This document shows, one piece after another, positions 12,544-27,047 of a stretch of 64,000 nucleotides of DNA (position 1 is the first letter of the stretch; every line of letters starts with the position of its first letter). Source of the stretch: Eledone cirrhosa (taxonomy: Eukaryota); assembly GCA_964016885.1 (NCBI GenBank), contig OZ024740.1, positions 142,290,001 to 142,354,000 on the forward strand, given 5' to 3'. The translations under genes were made by a program, and so were the position numbers. The notes below the pieces were generated by a model. The model did no database searches, was not told the DNA's origin, and worked only from the letters and a program-made list of their open reading frames with translations.

Positions 12544-15311
12544 AAGTGCTTAATAAAAGATTCAGACGAAACCAAACATCAGTCTATAGAGATATGAAGG
12601 GCAAAATAATAAGTGTCACTGATAAAAGACAGAAAAACATAGATTCCTTTTGGAGAAAAATATGGGGTGAAAAGAAGAATTTCAACCAAGATGCAGTGTG
12701 GCTAAGAGAAATCCGAAAGAACTATTGCTCCTACACTACAACAAAAACATACGAAATAAGTGAGGGTACCCTTGAGACTGTGATAGGAAAACTCAAAGAT
12801 AAGAAAACACCAGGAAGAGACATGATTGTCGGCTACTGGTACAAAAAACTGATATTCTATCGGAGGTATCTTACTGACTTCTACCAACAAGTTCTTAAGG
12901 GAGATACACTTATACCAGAATAGTTGACATTAGCACAAACATTACTGGTCCCCAAGAATAAAGACACCCACTTGGCAAAAAACTACCGACCCATTGCATG
13001 CCAGAACCTGATGTATAAGATGTATACAGACTGCCTGAACCTATTCCTCCAAGATGACTGTGAAAATAATAACATCATCACAGATGAACAAGCAGCTGGA
13101 ATGAAGGGGGTTTGGGAATGTGCTGAACAACTCCTAATCAACAAAACTGCGATGTCAGAGGTGCGACAACTTAGGAGGAATATGACTACAGTCTGGCTGG
13201 ACTACAGGAAAGCTTTCGATTCTGTTTCCCACTCTTGGATGATAGAGGCCCTCCAACTTGCTAAAGTCCCAGACATTATTGTCAGAACCATAGAGAGGCT
13301 GTCTTCTTCTTGTGCTACTATCCTAAGGTTAAGGACAGAGAGGGAGGACTCTATTTTCACTGATAAAATAAAATATTGCAGGGTTATATTTCAGGGAGAC
13401 AGTCTCTCTGTGATATTATTCATCTTGTCATTAAACCCCTTGTCCTTTCTGCTCAAGAAATGTGAGGGATACATCATTGGCTCACAGGAGGACAGAAATA
13501 CGAACCTAACCCATAATTTCTTTGTGGACGATCTGAAACTCTATGCCAACAAAATGGATGGGATGAAGAAAAATCTTGACCTGGTTACAACGTTCTCAAA
13601 GGATATAGGAATGGAGTTTGGCCAAGATAAATGCTCATACATGACTGTAAAGTGGGGAAAAACAACAACTCAATCTAGCAACATTGTCATCAATGGCCTA
13701 ACTGTTTCACCGATATCTGATGAGGACTGCTACAGATACCTGGGGATAGATGAGAACATATCCTATAATGGTATCTGTAATAAAGAACGCGTAACCAAGG
13801 AATATTACACCCGATTAAGAAAGATCTGGTCAACGGAACTCTCTGAGCAAAACAAAACAGTGGCTCACAATGTGTTTGCTGTGCCTGTCCTAACACCAAC
13901 ATTTTGGAATACTCAATTGGACGATAGACGAAATCCGAGCAGTTGATGCTGGAACTCGAAAAATACTGAACAACACCAGAAACTTCCACAACATTGACAT
14001 AGACCGCCTTTACTTGAAACGTAAGCAGGGAGGCAGAGGCCTAACATCAGTCCAGACAACATTTGAATGTCGCATCATATCTCTCCGACATCTACGAACC
14101 TCGAAGCGTAGGAGCCCGTTTCTCGAGCAAGTCTATCTGCATGAAACAGATAAGATCATGAGAGTTGAGAAGGAACTCCTCGAGAGATATTCCCTGTGTG
14201 ATAATCAAAAACTCACACCCAGTGATGTCGCTCAGCAGTATCGCAGTGAATCCATGGATGAAAAACTGCATGCTTATCAGCAAAAATTTATGCATGGATA
14301 TGTTGCCAGGAAGCTCCAGAGTGAGAGTAATATAGATGAGGAAAGAAGTCTATCTTGGACCAAGAACAGCTATATTAGCTCCATTTTACGCTTTTGCAAT
14401 CCAGGAACAGGAGATTAGCACGAAATACCCCATTCACAAAATAGATAGGGATGCAGGCAAAACACCTAGATGTGATAACAAGTGCAGACTCTGCAGAACT
14501 AACATCGAGGATATCACCCATGTCATCAGCAGCTGTCCAAAGATGTCACGCAGTACTATCTACCTATGAGGCATGTTGTAGTGGCCAAAACACTGTACAA
14601 TGCAGTTCGTAAAAAAGATAGCCTCGATAATAAACACATTAAAGCTACAGCAATGTGGAAGACATCCATGTACATAATATGAAAGAGTACTGGTGGAATG
14701 TTCCAGTAAAAACCCCAATAAAATTCAGGCACAACAGACCAGATATTATGATATGGGACAGGGAGAAGAAAGCATGCACAGTAGTGGAAATTAGCTGCCC
14801 AGCAAATGTCAATATAATATCAAAGATTAGTGAAAAGGAGAACATTTATGCAGAACTGATGAGAAATCTGCAGATACTCCACCCTGATTACACCTTCAGA
14901 TTTATGCCTGTGATTATTGGGGCACTGGGGTATGTTAGTAACTGCCTCAATACAAATCTTGAGAAGCTAGGCTTCACAGGAACAGAAAGAACACAACTAG
15001 TTAGGAAATTACAAGTACAATCCATTAATGGAACAGTAAAGATATGTAAGATATTCCAAAAATGTTGCATCTAATAACTGCATATACACATATACAGATG
15101 CAAAGCATATACACATGCACACATACAACTCATAACATACACATCCACACATACAATAACATCCATATCTACACATGCATGCATGCATACATACCTACAT
15201 ACCTACCTAGTTGATGTTGTGTAAATTCCAATGAGAGATTCTTGTGTCTATGTTAGAAACCGACTCTCTCTCTATTGGTAAAACTTTGCGAAATTATAAA
15301 AACAGAAGAAC
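12544..15311 (+). mobile_element. 5'-truncated R4/Dong-like non-LTR retrotransposon (family 1), degraded
   Basis: RT (NYRPIAC, WLDYRKAFDSV, FQGDSLS, FFVDDLKLY), GGRGL, HGY, CCHC CRLC..EDITHVISSC, RPD..VEISCP RLE; 3' end runs into (TACA)n. Confidence 0.9.
12546..15074 (+). pseudogene. Disrupted RT + zinc knuckle + restriction-like endonuclease ORF
   Basis: ORFs 12546-12923, 12924-13946, 14014-14418, 14336-14569, 14655-15074 are consecutive pieces broken by stops and frameshifts. Confidence 0.88.
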
Positions 15312-15497
15312 ATACCTACATACACATATACATACATACATACATACATACATACATACATACATACATACATACATACATACACATATACATACACACA
15401 TACACATATACATACACATATACATACACACATACATACACACATACATACACACATACATACATACATACATACATACACACATACATACACACAT

Positions 15498-16561
15498 ATG
15501 GATAGTGACACTGAAGCAACACCTTCAACAGAGGAAAAAGGTTGGCAACCATCTTGCCCAGGTTTATGACCATGAAAAAAGAAATATCATTAGAATAGCG
15601 ACTGATCTGGAGGAGAGATATGGAATAAAGACTGATATAAATCTCTCACCCAGAGAAATCGGAAGATCATATTCAATGTTCAAACAAGATAAAAAAATTG
15701 ACCGATTTACAGAAAAGGTTGTGCATGGATACTTGAGGCGTAAAACACAGACCATAGAGGGGATAAACCACTCAAAAAGCCTGGCATGGAGTTCCGACAA
15801 GTTTATGACATCACACCTTGAGGGATATCTCTATGCAATACAGGAACAAGAACTCCCTACCAAATATCTGCTGCACAAAAGAGGAGGGCCAGCAGCTGAC
15901 AATAAATGTAGGCTATGTAAAACAAAGATCGAGGATGTAAGCCACATTGTTGCCAGCTGCGAAAGAATGTCATCTCGCTACTACCTCCCCATGAGACACG
16001 ATGGGATAGCTAGATCCATCTGGTACGCACTTCGGAAAACAAAATTAACAACAAACGAGGAAGAATATATTGAGACAGATGGCACTAAGGAATACTGGTG
16101 GAACCTGAAAATAAAAACTGTCACCAAATTAAAGCACAACCGGCCTGATATTGTAGTTTGGGACCACACATTGAAAACGTGTTCTGTTGTGGAGATCAGC
16201 TGCCCACTTGATGTAAACGTTGTCAGAAAAATACAGGAGAAGGAGGACATCTACGGACCATTGATGAGGAGTTTACAAATCCAGTATCCAAGATACACCT
16301 TTAGCTTCATACCCATCATTATTGGTGCTACGGGTTATATACCAACCCGCTTGGACCAAAGTATGACTGAACTTGGATTTGCGGACAAAAAGCGCAGCTC
16401 CCTAATTCATAGTCTACAAATGGCTGCGATAGCTGGCACCTTCAAAATTTGCAAAACATTCTTGCGAGTCAAGGGATGACAATTTCTTTTCTTTTACAAC
16501 CTTGCCACCAGGAAGGTGGCCGGTCAAAAAAATATACTCGAAATTAAGAGAAAGAGAAAAC
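15498..16561 (+). mobile_element. 5'-truncated R4/Dong-like LINE (family 2) with open C-terminal frame
   Basis: HGY, AIQEQE, CRLC..HIVASC, RHD, RPD, VEISCP in the frame ending at 16479; short 3'UTR then (CATA)n. Confidence 0.9.
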
Positions 16562-16629
16562 ATACATGCATACATACATACATACATACACACATACATA
16601 CATACGCATACATACATACATACATACAT

Positions 16630-16660
<31 letters not shown>

Positions 16661-16700
16661 TACATACATACATACATACATACATACATACATACATGAT

Positions 16701-17040
16701 GGTGGCTGCCAACTCGTTTTCGAGTACGGCCACTACTTTATATCCATGTAAGAGAACCCCTACCAATGCGCTGAACGAGTGTGACTTTTTAGTCCATCCT
16801 GCGACTTGAAAACTCTGGTACAAACACTACACTTGTGACAATTATTGACACATAGTGCTGGGCCCATGGTACCATGTGACGACAAGTGCAGAGAGATCTC
16901 CAGATATAAAGCAATGCCTGTGCCGTGAAGCTTTTATAGTGAGCAAAGGCACTGCACAAAGCCAGTCCCACTCTCTTAACCAAGATGATATTTACCAAAA
17001 AGAAGAACAAGTCAACATTATTGGATACCATCAGAGTTGC
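16701..17040 (-). mobile_element. Bipartite RTE-type element, 5'-truncated
   Basis: Matches 8996-9335; in (TACA)n. Confidence 0.75.
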
Positions 17041-17053
17041 ATACATACATACA

Positions 17054-17084
<31 letters not shown>

Positions 17085-17167
17085 TGAAACATGCATAAGA
17101 GTTACGAATCCATATTCATATCTACGTAGTTCTGATCGTCCTTCTATTTATTCCTCAGTTTGTTACA

Positions 17168-17240
<73 letters not shown>

Positions 17241-17255
17241 ACTCTCTCTCTCTCA

Positions 17256-17299
<44 letters not shown>

Positions 17300-17432
17300 A
17301 TATATATATATATATATCCAGAGAGTGTATATATATGTATATATATCTATATATATATATATATATATATGCGTGAGTGAGTGTGTATGTGTGTGCGTGC
17401 GTGTCTACTTTGTGAATGTGTGCTACCTTGTG

Positions 17433-17484
<52 letters not shown>

Positions 17485-17629
17485 TGTGTGTGTGAAAGTA
17501 TATATGCAATAATACTTGTATTTTCTAAGCATCTCCTTCAACCAAAGCTGCACCTTAAAGCTCGCATATTTCATAATCTCCTCAATCCAAACTCCCCTGT
17601 ATATCCTGTATATCCTGTATATCCATCGA

Positions 17630-17692
<63 letters not shown>

Positions 17693-17695
17693 ACC

Positions 17696-17744
<49 letters not shown>

Positions 17745-17872
17745 TTCTCTCTCTTACTATTATAAATATATGCAAAAGACAAACAGAAATAACAAAGTAA
17801 ACGACACAGTACAATATATATATGTATATGTATATATGCATATATATATATATATGTGTATGTGTGTGTCTG

Positions 17873-17956
<84 letters not shown>

Positions 17957-18076
17957 CAGCAAAATGACTAAAAGCCATCGTATGTTTTATCAATGGCAAT
18001 TATCTGTTTCTATTTCGATGAATGCAGAAGATATGCCAGAGCAGATCGTTGAGTTGTGTAATATACATGTATATAT

Positions 18077-18183
<107 letters not shown>

Positions 18184-18280
18184 TGTGTGTAAATGAATAA
18201 AACAAAAAAAGAAAAAACAAGATGTAATAATATAAAGTCCTATTAGTTTCACGCTTAGAGGAAGAAGAGTGAGTTACATA

Positions 18281-18313
18281 GTCAACGTTTCGAGCATTTG
18301 CCTTTCATCAGGC
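18281..18313 (-). ncRNA. Minimal PLE-type hammerhead, degenerate
   Basis: gc-CTGATGA-aaggcaaatgctc-GAAA-cg-TT-gac; stem I is weak. Confidence 0.45.
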
Positions 18314-18763
18314 AAAGCAGAAAAGAAATGAGACGTCACTTTATTGACAAATAGGTCTGTCATTCGGTCAACATGTAATATTATTTGATTAGGGCGATCT
18401 ATTTCCAGGACTGACACCATCTCTATAGAACCGTTGGCTGAAGCAGGCACACACACACACACACATACGCACACACACGCACTCACACACATGCACACAC
18501 ACACACACACACACACACACAGATCCTATTATTTTTTCTTGATAAATATATTTCTGCCCCCTCTCCATGATTATTCTATCTAAAGCTGACCCGGCAAATA
18601 TACACTTAAACGTGCATATAGTTGCACACACACATAAACACACACTAAGCTAGATATCTATACACACAACCACATACTACCACTGCCTCAACAAAAAAAA
18701 CACTTTCGTGAAGAAATTTCACAATTGGATAAACAATCTATGCCTTTATTTGGACAAACAACA

Positions 18764-18950
18764 TCCCCTGATGAGACACCCACATAACCGCCAATGCCTA
18801 CGGCAATTAGTCTGGAGCTAGATGCTGAAACGGCATGAGCTTAGCCATCGTGGACCCTACACTTTATACTATAACCACACTCTACTACCTCAAGTATCAA
18901 GTAGTCTGGTGAGTAATGGTCTAACCAGTTTCAAATTGAACCTATCCTGA
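18764..18950 (+). ncRNA. Degraded complete hammerhead plus the 3' tail of the palindromic half-HHR family
   Basis: tccc-CTGATGA...GAAA-cggcatgagcttagcca-TC-gtgga followed by cacactctactacctcaagtat..., homologous to 63034-63135. Confidence 0.6.
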
Positions 18951-19004
18951 TTTATATATGCATATATGTATATATGTGTATATGTATATACGTATATATG
19001 TATA

Positions 19005-19220
19005 CAGGGTGGGCCAGAATTCATGACTCCCTTGATTATTTATAGATCTATTAACAGAATATGTTATAAAACAAGTTAAGGAATATAATACCATATAGAG
19101 GCATAAGATCATTAACAAGAAACGGTAAGCACACAAATGTACACATTTAATTAATAACAATAAAATAAGCATGTTAAGAAATATAACTAACAAGCGAGTC
19201 ATGAATTCTGGCCCATCCTG
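19005..19220. mobile_element. Tc1/mariner-type MITE
   Basis: TIRs cagggtgggccagaattcatgactc / gagtcatgaattctggcccatcctg; TA flanks. Confidence 0.85.
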
Positions 19221-19237
19221 TATGTATACATGCGTGT

Positions 19238-19329
<92 letters not shown>

Positions 19330-19574
19330 AGTACATTATGGTATTCATACATGTTTGGCTGCATGGAGAATAAATAAATGAATAAGTAAATATGACGACT
19401 AGATAGTTTAGTTGGTAAGAATTCTCCGAGAAAAACGTAGTAATGCCACTTCAGATGCTGTTGTCTTCTTCGTCGATAGTTCAATGATCTGTATAACTAA
19501 CTATGATTTATGTGCACGTGTGTTGTTAAGTAATCATAACACCAACACACGAATAGGATCAACAAGTGAGTCAT

Positions 19575-19765
19575 TTATAATTGTTTCTACTTTAGGCACA
19601 AGGCCAGCAATCACCCAGTGCATTACTGGTACTTTATTTTATCGACCCCGTAAGGATGAAAGGCAAAGTCAACCTCGGCGGGATTTGAACTCAGATCGTA
19701 AAGGGACGTAACTATGCTGGAAAGCATGGCGTCCGACCCTCTGCCGATACTGCCAATCCACGCCT
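19575..19765 (-). mobile_element. tRNA-derived SINE (octopus-like family)
   Basis: gagttcaaatcccgccgagg B box region, gcctttcatcc..gggtcgataaaataaagtacc, agaaacaattat tail. Confidence 0.8.
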
Positions 19766-19869
19766 AATGTTTACAAAACAGCTTTAGTATAAGAGAAACC
19801 TACAGATGCTTATCTGTATGTCTATTGGACTTCCGCCGGTTCCCATGATGAGTATTCCAGTTGTTTAAC

Positions 19870-20112
19870 GAACGAAAAATCCCGCTGATGAATTTAACGT
19901 GAAGGTGTCTGAGTATTCCACAGACACGTGTCCCTTAACACAATTCTCAGGAAGATTCAACGTAGCATCTGGCACGGTATAACTAATTCTTTTGTAGCTG
20001 AATGGGCTGGAGTAATGTGAAATATGTTGTGTCTGGCTAAAGGAAAACGCTCCGCCGGGAATTGAAATTACAATCGTGAGCCGAATACCCCTTAACACTA
20101 TGTCACAAGCCT
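19870..20112 (-). mobile_element. Diverged SINE
   Basis: tRNA-like head remnant followed by atttcacattactccag and gttaagggacacgtgtctgtgga segments. Confidence 0.45.
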
Positions 20113-20244
20113 TCACCTACACACACACACACATACACACACACATATACATATATATATATATATATATACATACATATATATATATACACACACACAC
20201 ACACATATATATATATCTGTGTGTATATATATATATATATATAT

Positions 20245-20432
20245 GGGAACGAGTAGGACCCCGACGGCTGAGCTCAAGCCGTTTCGACGGCTAATTCCAG
20301 AATTAGCCGGCGAAACGGCTTGAGCTCAGCCGTCGGGGTCCTACTCGTTCCTATTACCCACTCTACTACCCTAAGTATTGAGTACTTTGGTGCGTTATGG
20401 TCCACCTGGTTCCTTACCACATGTCCTTCGTT
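20245..20432. mobile_element. Palindromic half-hammerhead element
   Basis: Inverted GAAA-cggcttgagctcagccg-TC-gggg arms, long tail on the right, TA flanks. Confidence 0.8.
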
Positions 20433-20570
20433 ATATATATATACCAAACCACAAAGGAGGAGAGAGAGAGAAAGAGATAAACGAAAATGTGAACTTTTAT
20501 ATATATATGTAAATTATTTTCTCTAATACCCTCCTCTATGTGTTATTATATAATTTTTTATCATATTTCC

Positions 20571-20618
20571 TGTAGCATGAAGAAGCCGGAATAATTATCG
20601 GCTGAAACCAGTACTATA
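20571..20618 (+). ncRNA. Degenerate type I hammerhead
   Basis: tgtag-cATGAAGA-agccg..cggct-GAAA-ccag-TA-ctata. Confidence 0.5.
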
Positions 20619-20654
20619 AATTACTTTTTAAAATATGTATTGCTGTTATTCGCA

Positions 20655-20822
20655 GCATAGACTTACGGGCCTTTACGTTCTGAGTTCAAATCCCGCCGAG
20701 GTTAGCTTTCCCTTTCATCCTTATGAAGTCGATAAAACACCAGTAATACACTGGAGTTGATTTAATCGACTTTCCCCTCCTCTTAAAATTTCTAGCCTTG
20801 TGCTTAAAGTAGAAACAATTAT
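20655..20822 (+). mobile_element. tRNA-derived SINE, 5'-truncated
   Basis: Same family as 19575. Confidence 0.75.
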
Positions 20823-21269
20823 TTGTTTACACATTATTTGTTTATATAATTGGTGAGTATGTTTGACCAATCAAATTTCAATATAGATGACCTATGTCGT
20901 ATTTGCATCAAACATAAACTAGAAAGGGACTTTCCACTCACCCTGTATATATATATATATATATATAACATACACTTATATATACATAGACCATAAACCA
21001 GGCATTTCAATGTTGACGGAATATAAGTGAAGAAAAGAATATACAAATAAAAAATGCTACAATAGAATCAAGAAACTAATGAAGCAAGATGGTGTTTGTC
21101 ACATCATGTCTATTTATATTAGCAGCATTGCATGTCAGAGTGATGAAAATGACCGAAGTGGTGAAGTGTCAGAAACAATAAAATGGTGACTCATTTTTTT
21201 GTGAAGTTTCCTTTTTTTTTTTTATTGTTGTTTTGTTTTCGGTGTTCTCGGCAAAGTGTTAAACTCTCA

Positions 21270-21450
21270 TTCAGTATCGGTAGAGTGTCGGACGCCATGC
21301 TTTGCAGCAAAGAGTTACGGCCCTTTATGGTCTGAGTTCAAATCCCGCCGAGGTTAACTTTGCCTTTCATCCTTACGGGGTCGATAAAATAAAGTACCAA
21401 TAATGCACTGGGTAATTGCTGGCCTTGTGCCTAAAGTAGAAACAATTATT
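21270..21450 (+). mobile_element. tRNA-derived SINE
   Basis: Same family as 19575. Confidence 0.8.
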
Positions 21451-21494
21451 GAAGTAATGATGGAAACCTTTACGTTGTCACTGGACCAGTTGGC

Positions 21495-21655
21495 ATAGCT
21501 GTGTTGTTTAAAAGAAGTATGTCTTGTAATCAAGTATGGTTCTGGTATCGATCCCTTAGAGTGGCACCTTGGATGTGTGTCTTCTGCTATATGTACTTTC
21601 AGACTAACCAGTGTTTTGAGAGGGGAACTATGAGGAAGACCGTCGTTGACGGGTG
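21495..21655 (+). mobile_element. Old SINE of another family
   Basis: gtggcaccttgg..gtgtcttctgctata motif; related remnant at ~43065-43170 (-). Confidence 0.4.
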
Positions 21656-21894
21656 TATATATATAAGTGTGTTTTGCCTGTATGTATATATCGGCGAAAG
21701 ATGTCAATATCATATAGAAAACTCGATGAACCGGTACTTTTGAACAGAATTACCTTGTTTAATTATACAGAATTATACAGATTCTCTCTTGTCATTCTGT
21801 CAGTTGTGTATGCAGTGGCCAGTAATTAACGCCATTTATTAACCAAAGACACTATTTTTCATAAAATTGTGATATATATATATATATACACATA

Positions 21895-22000
<106 letters not shown>

Positions 22001-22330
22001 ATTCTTTGCTTAAACTTTAATCTGTTATTTTAATAAATATATATATATATATTTATATATACATAGACATAGACATACATATTTATGAATTTATATTTAT
22101 GTACATATTGCTGTACTTTTTGTTAAACACTTTGTATTTATACAGATACAATTTTATCATACACTTCGATTCGGTTGCTAGTCCACTTCTTAATATAATA
22201 TATCTTAATTAATTACCAACACAAGCGGTAATTATATGCGAATTAGTACGTCCATTTCAGAATAATACTAAAAGCGATTGGTATATACGCCCAACAAATA
22301 TGTTTCCTTGTGGCTGATTGGATGATATAC

Positions 22331-22379
22331 ACACCTTCTGATGAGGATCCAATTAGATCTGATAATGGATTAAAGGTGT
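22331..22379 (+). ncRNA. Type I hammerhead (GAAA->GATA) inside a ~359-bp direct-repeat unit
   Basis: acacctt-CTGATGA-ggatc..gatct-GATA-atggat-TA-aaggtgt; 7-bp stem I. Confidence 0.65.
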
Positions 22380-22508
22380 TTATCATTATTTCAATTACAG
22401 GGAAATCCGTATTTTATGGCATGTTTACATATCTACATATTAAAAATGTATATATTTATATACACATTGTTGCAGTTTCGGTTAAACACTGTATTTATAC
22501 AGATAAAA

Positions 22509-22547
<39 letters not shown>

Positions 22548-22549
<2 letters not shown>

Positions 22550-22713
22550 CGAAGGAGTTGTGGTAAGGAACCAGATGGAGCATAACGCACCAGAGTACTC
22601 AATAATTAGGGTAGTAGAGTGGGAAATAGGAGAAAGTATAACCCCGACGGCAGAGCTCAAGAAATAGCCGTCGAAACGGCTTGAGCTCTGCCGTCGGGGT
22701 CATACTTTCTCCT
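22548..22713. mobile_element. Palindromic half-hammerhead element
   Basis: Family member, TA-flanked, asymmetric centre. Confidence 0.8.
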
Positions 22714-22750
22714 ATATATATATATATATATACATACTTGTATTAGGTAG

Positions 22751-22801
<51 letters not shown>

Positions 22802-23064
22802 TATATACACATGTATTAGGGGGATAAATCATCCTTATACTACAATTTACCGTCTTAAATAACCAATAGTACATTGCATAATATTATAAATATCCGAAAG
22901 GACGTGTTTGTCACAACTGGAACGCCTTTCATTAAAAGTCAGCTTGATCAGTTCTGATCTGGGTCTAAAGAACAATTACAACTCTCGCCGATCTACTACA
23001 TAGGTACAATGACACTGGCTTACCACTTATTACCTCGGTAATATATATATTTTTTGATTATTAA

Positions 23065-23285
23065 GGAGGTGGATTGGCAGTATCGGTAGAGCGTCGGACA
23101 CCATGCTTTGCATCATAGAGTTATGGTCGTTTACGGTCTGAGTTCAAATCCCGCCGAGGTTAGCTTTGCCTTTCATCTTTACGGGGTTCGATAAAATAAA
23201 GTACCAGTAATGCACTGATGTCGATTTCATCGACTGCTCCCTACCCCACAATTGTTCACCTTGCATCTAAATCAGAAACAATTAT
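23065..23285 (+). mobile_element. tRNA-derived SINE
   Basis: Same family as 19575; attattaag flanks resemble a TSD. Confidence 0.8.
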
Positions 23286-24204
23286 TAAGTCATTTGAATA
23301 TTCCCAGTGAATGACTGATACGCATAATTAAATAACATATACAGAATATTTCTGATATAAATGTCAAGTAACAACGAAATTGAACAAGTTTAAAATATTC
23401 AGCACACATTTGTGAAAAGGTGTTCTGTGTTTATAGTTTTGCATTGTCGCTATATGTCAAAATAAAATTTTATCGGAGATGTATTTAATATTTGTTTTGT
23501 ACGTATTTGGTGACATTTTCTGAAGACAAGCTTCTGAATATATTAATCTTGTAGATATTTTGACCTTTTTATCAAATTTAAAAAAAAAAGTGAACTACAC
23601 AAATATATATATGTGTGTGTGTGTGTGTGCACGTGCACGTATGTGTGTGTGTGTGTGTGTTTTGTTAGTTCTTGTCCATTCCATTCCAATGTCACTGACC
23701 TCTATTGTGAATACCTCTCGCAAATACATCTACATCAAATACCACAGATATATTCTTCATTTCCCCACCTGATAATCGGTCGCAGACCTTTGAAATATTC
23801 TTCTTTTCCTTTATTAATTAGTGTTTACATTCATTAGCCCGACTACCCAATGACTTTAAATCTTGACATCCTTGTTTTAACTTGTGTTTGTAGAGCAGCA
23901 ATCTGTTGTGACTGTAGATGGCACAAGAGTGATATTCCTCGTAGTCAGCGACTTTCTAAGTTGTGCCGTCGGGATAAAGCATCTGGTACTAGAATGTTGT
24001 TTTCTCCGGGGCAGATGGTTCACAAAGACACATATCTCATTCACCAACTTGCGATCCCATATTTCCTCAATTTCATCCTACTTTGAACTTCTAGCAAGTT
24101 TTCATCTGAACGCCATATTAACATGAACAAGCCCTTCAAACCTCAATAATTCTATTGTTGCAAACGCCTGAAGTCTGAAGCAGCAGTATATTATAAACAG
24201 TTAA

Positions 24205-24385
24205 TGGTGGATTGGCAGTATCGGTAGAGGGTCGGACGCCATGCTTTGACGCATAGAGTTACGGCCCTTGCCATCCTGAGTTCAAATCCCGCCGAGGTTA
24301 ACTTTGCCTTTCATCCTTATGGGGTCGATAAAATAAAGTAACAGTAATACACTGGTTAATTGCTGGCCTTGTGCCAAAAGTAGGA
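24205..24385 (+). mobile_element. tRNA-derived SINE
   Basis: Same family; tatattataaacag repeated on both sides. Confidence 0.8.
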
Positions 24386-24436
24386 TCTTTTATATTATAA
24401 ACAGATAATTCGATCACTCTTACTGTTGATTGTATT

Positions 24437-24485
<49 letters not shown>

Positions 24486-25207
24486 TTGTGGCATTTTTTT
24501 ATCCAGACACAATTTTCAATTTGCTACACTTTTAACGTATGTTTATTACTCTGAGTGCTCTGTGCCAGCTTCTGATCATTGTTTTCGAAAGATGCGAGTA
24601 GCAGCTGCAACTTCGATTTTACTCACTACTATATATATATATATACTATTCTTTCCTGGTTTGGATTGCTCATCGCACTAATATTTTGAGAATTACTGCT
24701 CCAAGGAAAGTTTATAAGGTAGATCAGTAGTTACCTATCGAGCAAGTATCCTCAATCCACCCATTAATTGTTTCCAATGGAAAGGCAAGGGCTAATAGTG
24801 ATTGTTATTTTATGATTAAATAGGTTTATTTACAATAGTTTATAACTTTGCCTATTAATCCGTATGGTGAGCAAATGGGGTCCCACGTGCTGGCCTCCCC
24901 ACAGCCACGGCGGACAGGGGGGGGGGGAGAAGGCGTGCATCTTTCCAGCTTAGACTGTCGTGCCTCCTCGACAGAATATCATGCAATTCTACTCTTGCAT
25001 TGCCCAAGGGATGGCCGACGTTGAAGATAATCTTTTGTTCAGACGTCCTACGTATTTCGATTCATCTATGTGCAACTTAACTAAGTATGTATATACATAT
25101 GTGTATGTGTGTGTGTGTCTGTGTGTGTGCATGTGTGTGCGCGCGTGTGTGCGTATACATACATATGCATATAAATACACACACACACATATATATAAAG
25201 ATATATA

Positions 25208-25238
<31 letters not shown>

Positions 25239-25695
25239 AATGTGTCAGTGTATGTGGGCGTGGGTGTATGAGTTGGCTTCGAGAAATTAAATTACTTAGA
25301 AAATTAAACAATTCCCGTATTGATGTTATTGTTTTGACCAGTGTGGTGCTGTTGGTCGTTTTTCCGAGTTTACGGTTTACTATATGCCAAATTTCATTCT
25401 GACTAGACGTGAAAAGTGTCCACACATGTGCAGTTTCATCGAGTCTATGGCAATGCACTGGGGAGCTTTGTATAGAGAAAAACAGCCAATTATGTTTAAT
25501 GTCTCATAAACCGAATTCCCATGATTACTTGTACGTCTAGTTAGCCGCATTCTGTTCTCTTTGTTCATATTAGAGGAAGACATGTGCTTTTGGCGATGGA
25601 TTTTCCATATTTTCCTATTGTTGTTTGTTTTATTTCGAATTTGTTTTCAGTTTTGTATGATTCAATATTCACGTAGGAATTTAGTAGTTTCAAGT

Positions 25696-25732
<37 letters not shown>

Positions 25733-25813
25733 TGTATGTATGTATGTATGTATGTATGTATGTATGTATGTATGTATGTATGTATGTGTGTATGTATGTA
25801 TGTATATATTTAT

Positions 25814-26417
25814 GTCAGGTCACCAGTTGGTGCTACTGGTAACATGTATCCCAGTACAACCTGTCCCATGGTCGGGTCGTTGGCGACTAAACTGACAACC
25901 CCACCAAGGTTTCTTGGTGAGGAGGGTGACTTTGGACATCCTGCAGGACTAAAAACAAACCTGTCAAAGGGCAAAGGAGCTCTTAAGATTCAATGGCCAT
26001 CCAAAATCACCGGGAGAGATGACCCCTTAGCCTTTGTCAAGGCAGAATTCTAGGAGAAGGAAAACTCTGATATAACACCTGCAACCCTGATGGTATTCAA
26101 TGATGTTGACTTGTTCTTCTCTTTGATAAATATCGTCTTGATTAAGAGAGTGGGACTGGCTTTGTGCAGTGCCTTTGCTCACTATAAAAGCTTCACGGCA
26201 CAGGCAACGCTTTATATCTGGAGATCTCTCTGCACTTGTCATCACATGGTACCATGGGCCCTGCACTGTGTCAATAATTATCACAAGTGTAGTGTTTGTA
26301 CCAGAGTTTTCAAGTCGCTGGCTGGACTAAAAATCACACTCGTTCAGCGCATCGGCAGGGGTTCTCCTATATGGATATAAAGTAGTGGCTGTACTCGAAA
26401 ACGAGTTGGCAGCCACC
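25814..26417 (+). mobile_element. Bipartite RTE-type element, full length
   Basis: gtcaggtcacc...ggcagccacc; follows (TATG)n. Confidence 0.75.
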
Positions 26418-26965
<548 letters not shown>

Positions 26966-27047
26966 GTTATTCCGGGTTGAATCGAAGGTAACCACAGTAA
27001 GTAAGGTACTCAATACATAGCAGAGTATAACAGTTTTAATATAGATG

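Noticed and set aside
15205-15290. GAAA-ccga..ttgg-TA in the R4 3'UTR as an HHR
   Set aside because: Core and stem I not convincing across copies
23690-24180. Possible decayed LINE endonuclease on the minus strand
   Set aside because: Motifs too degraded to call
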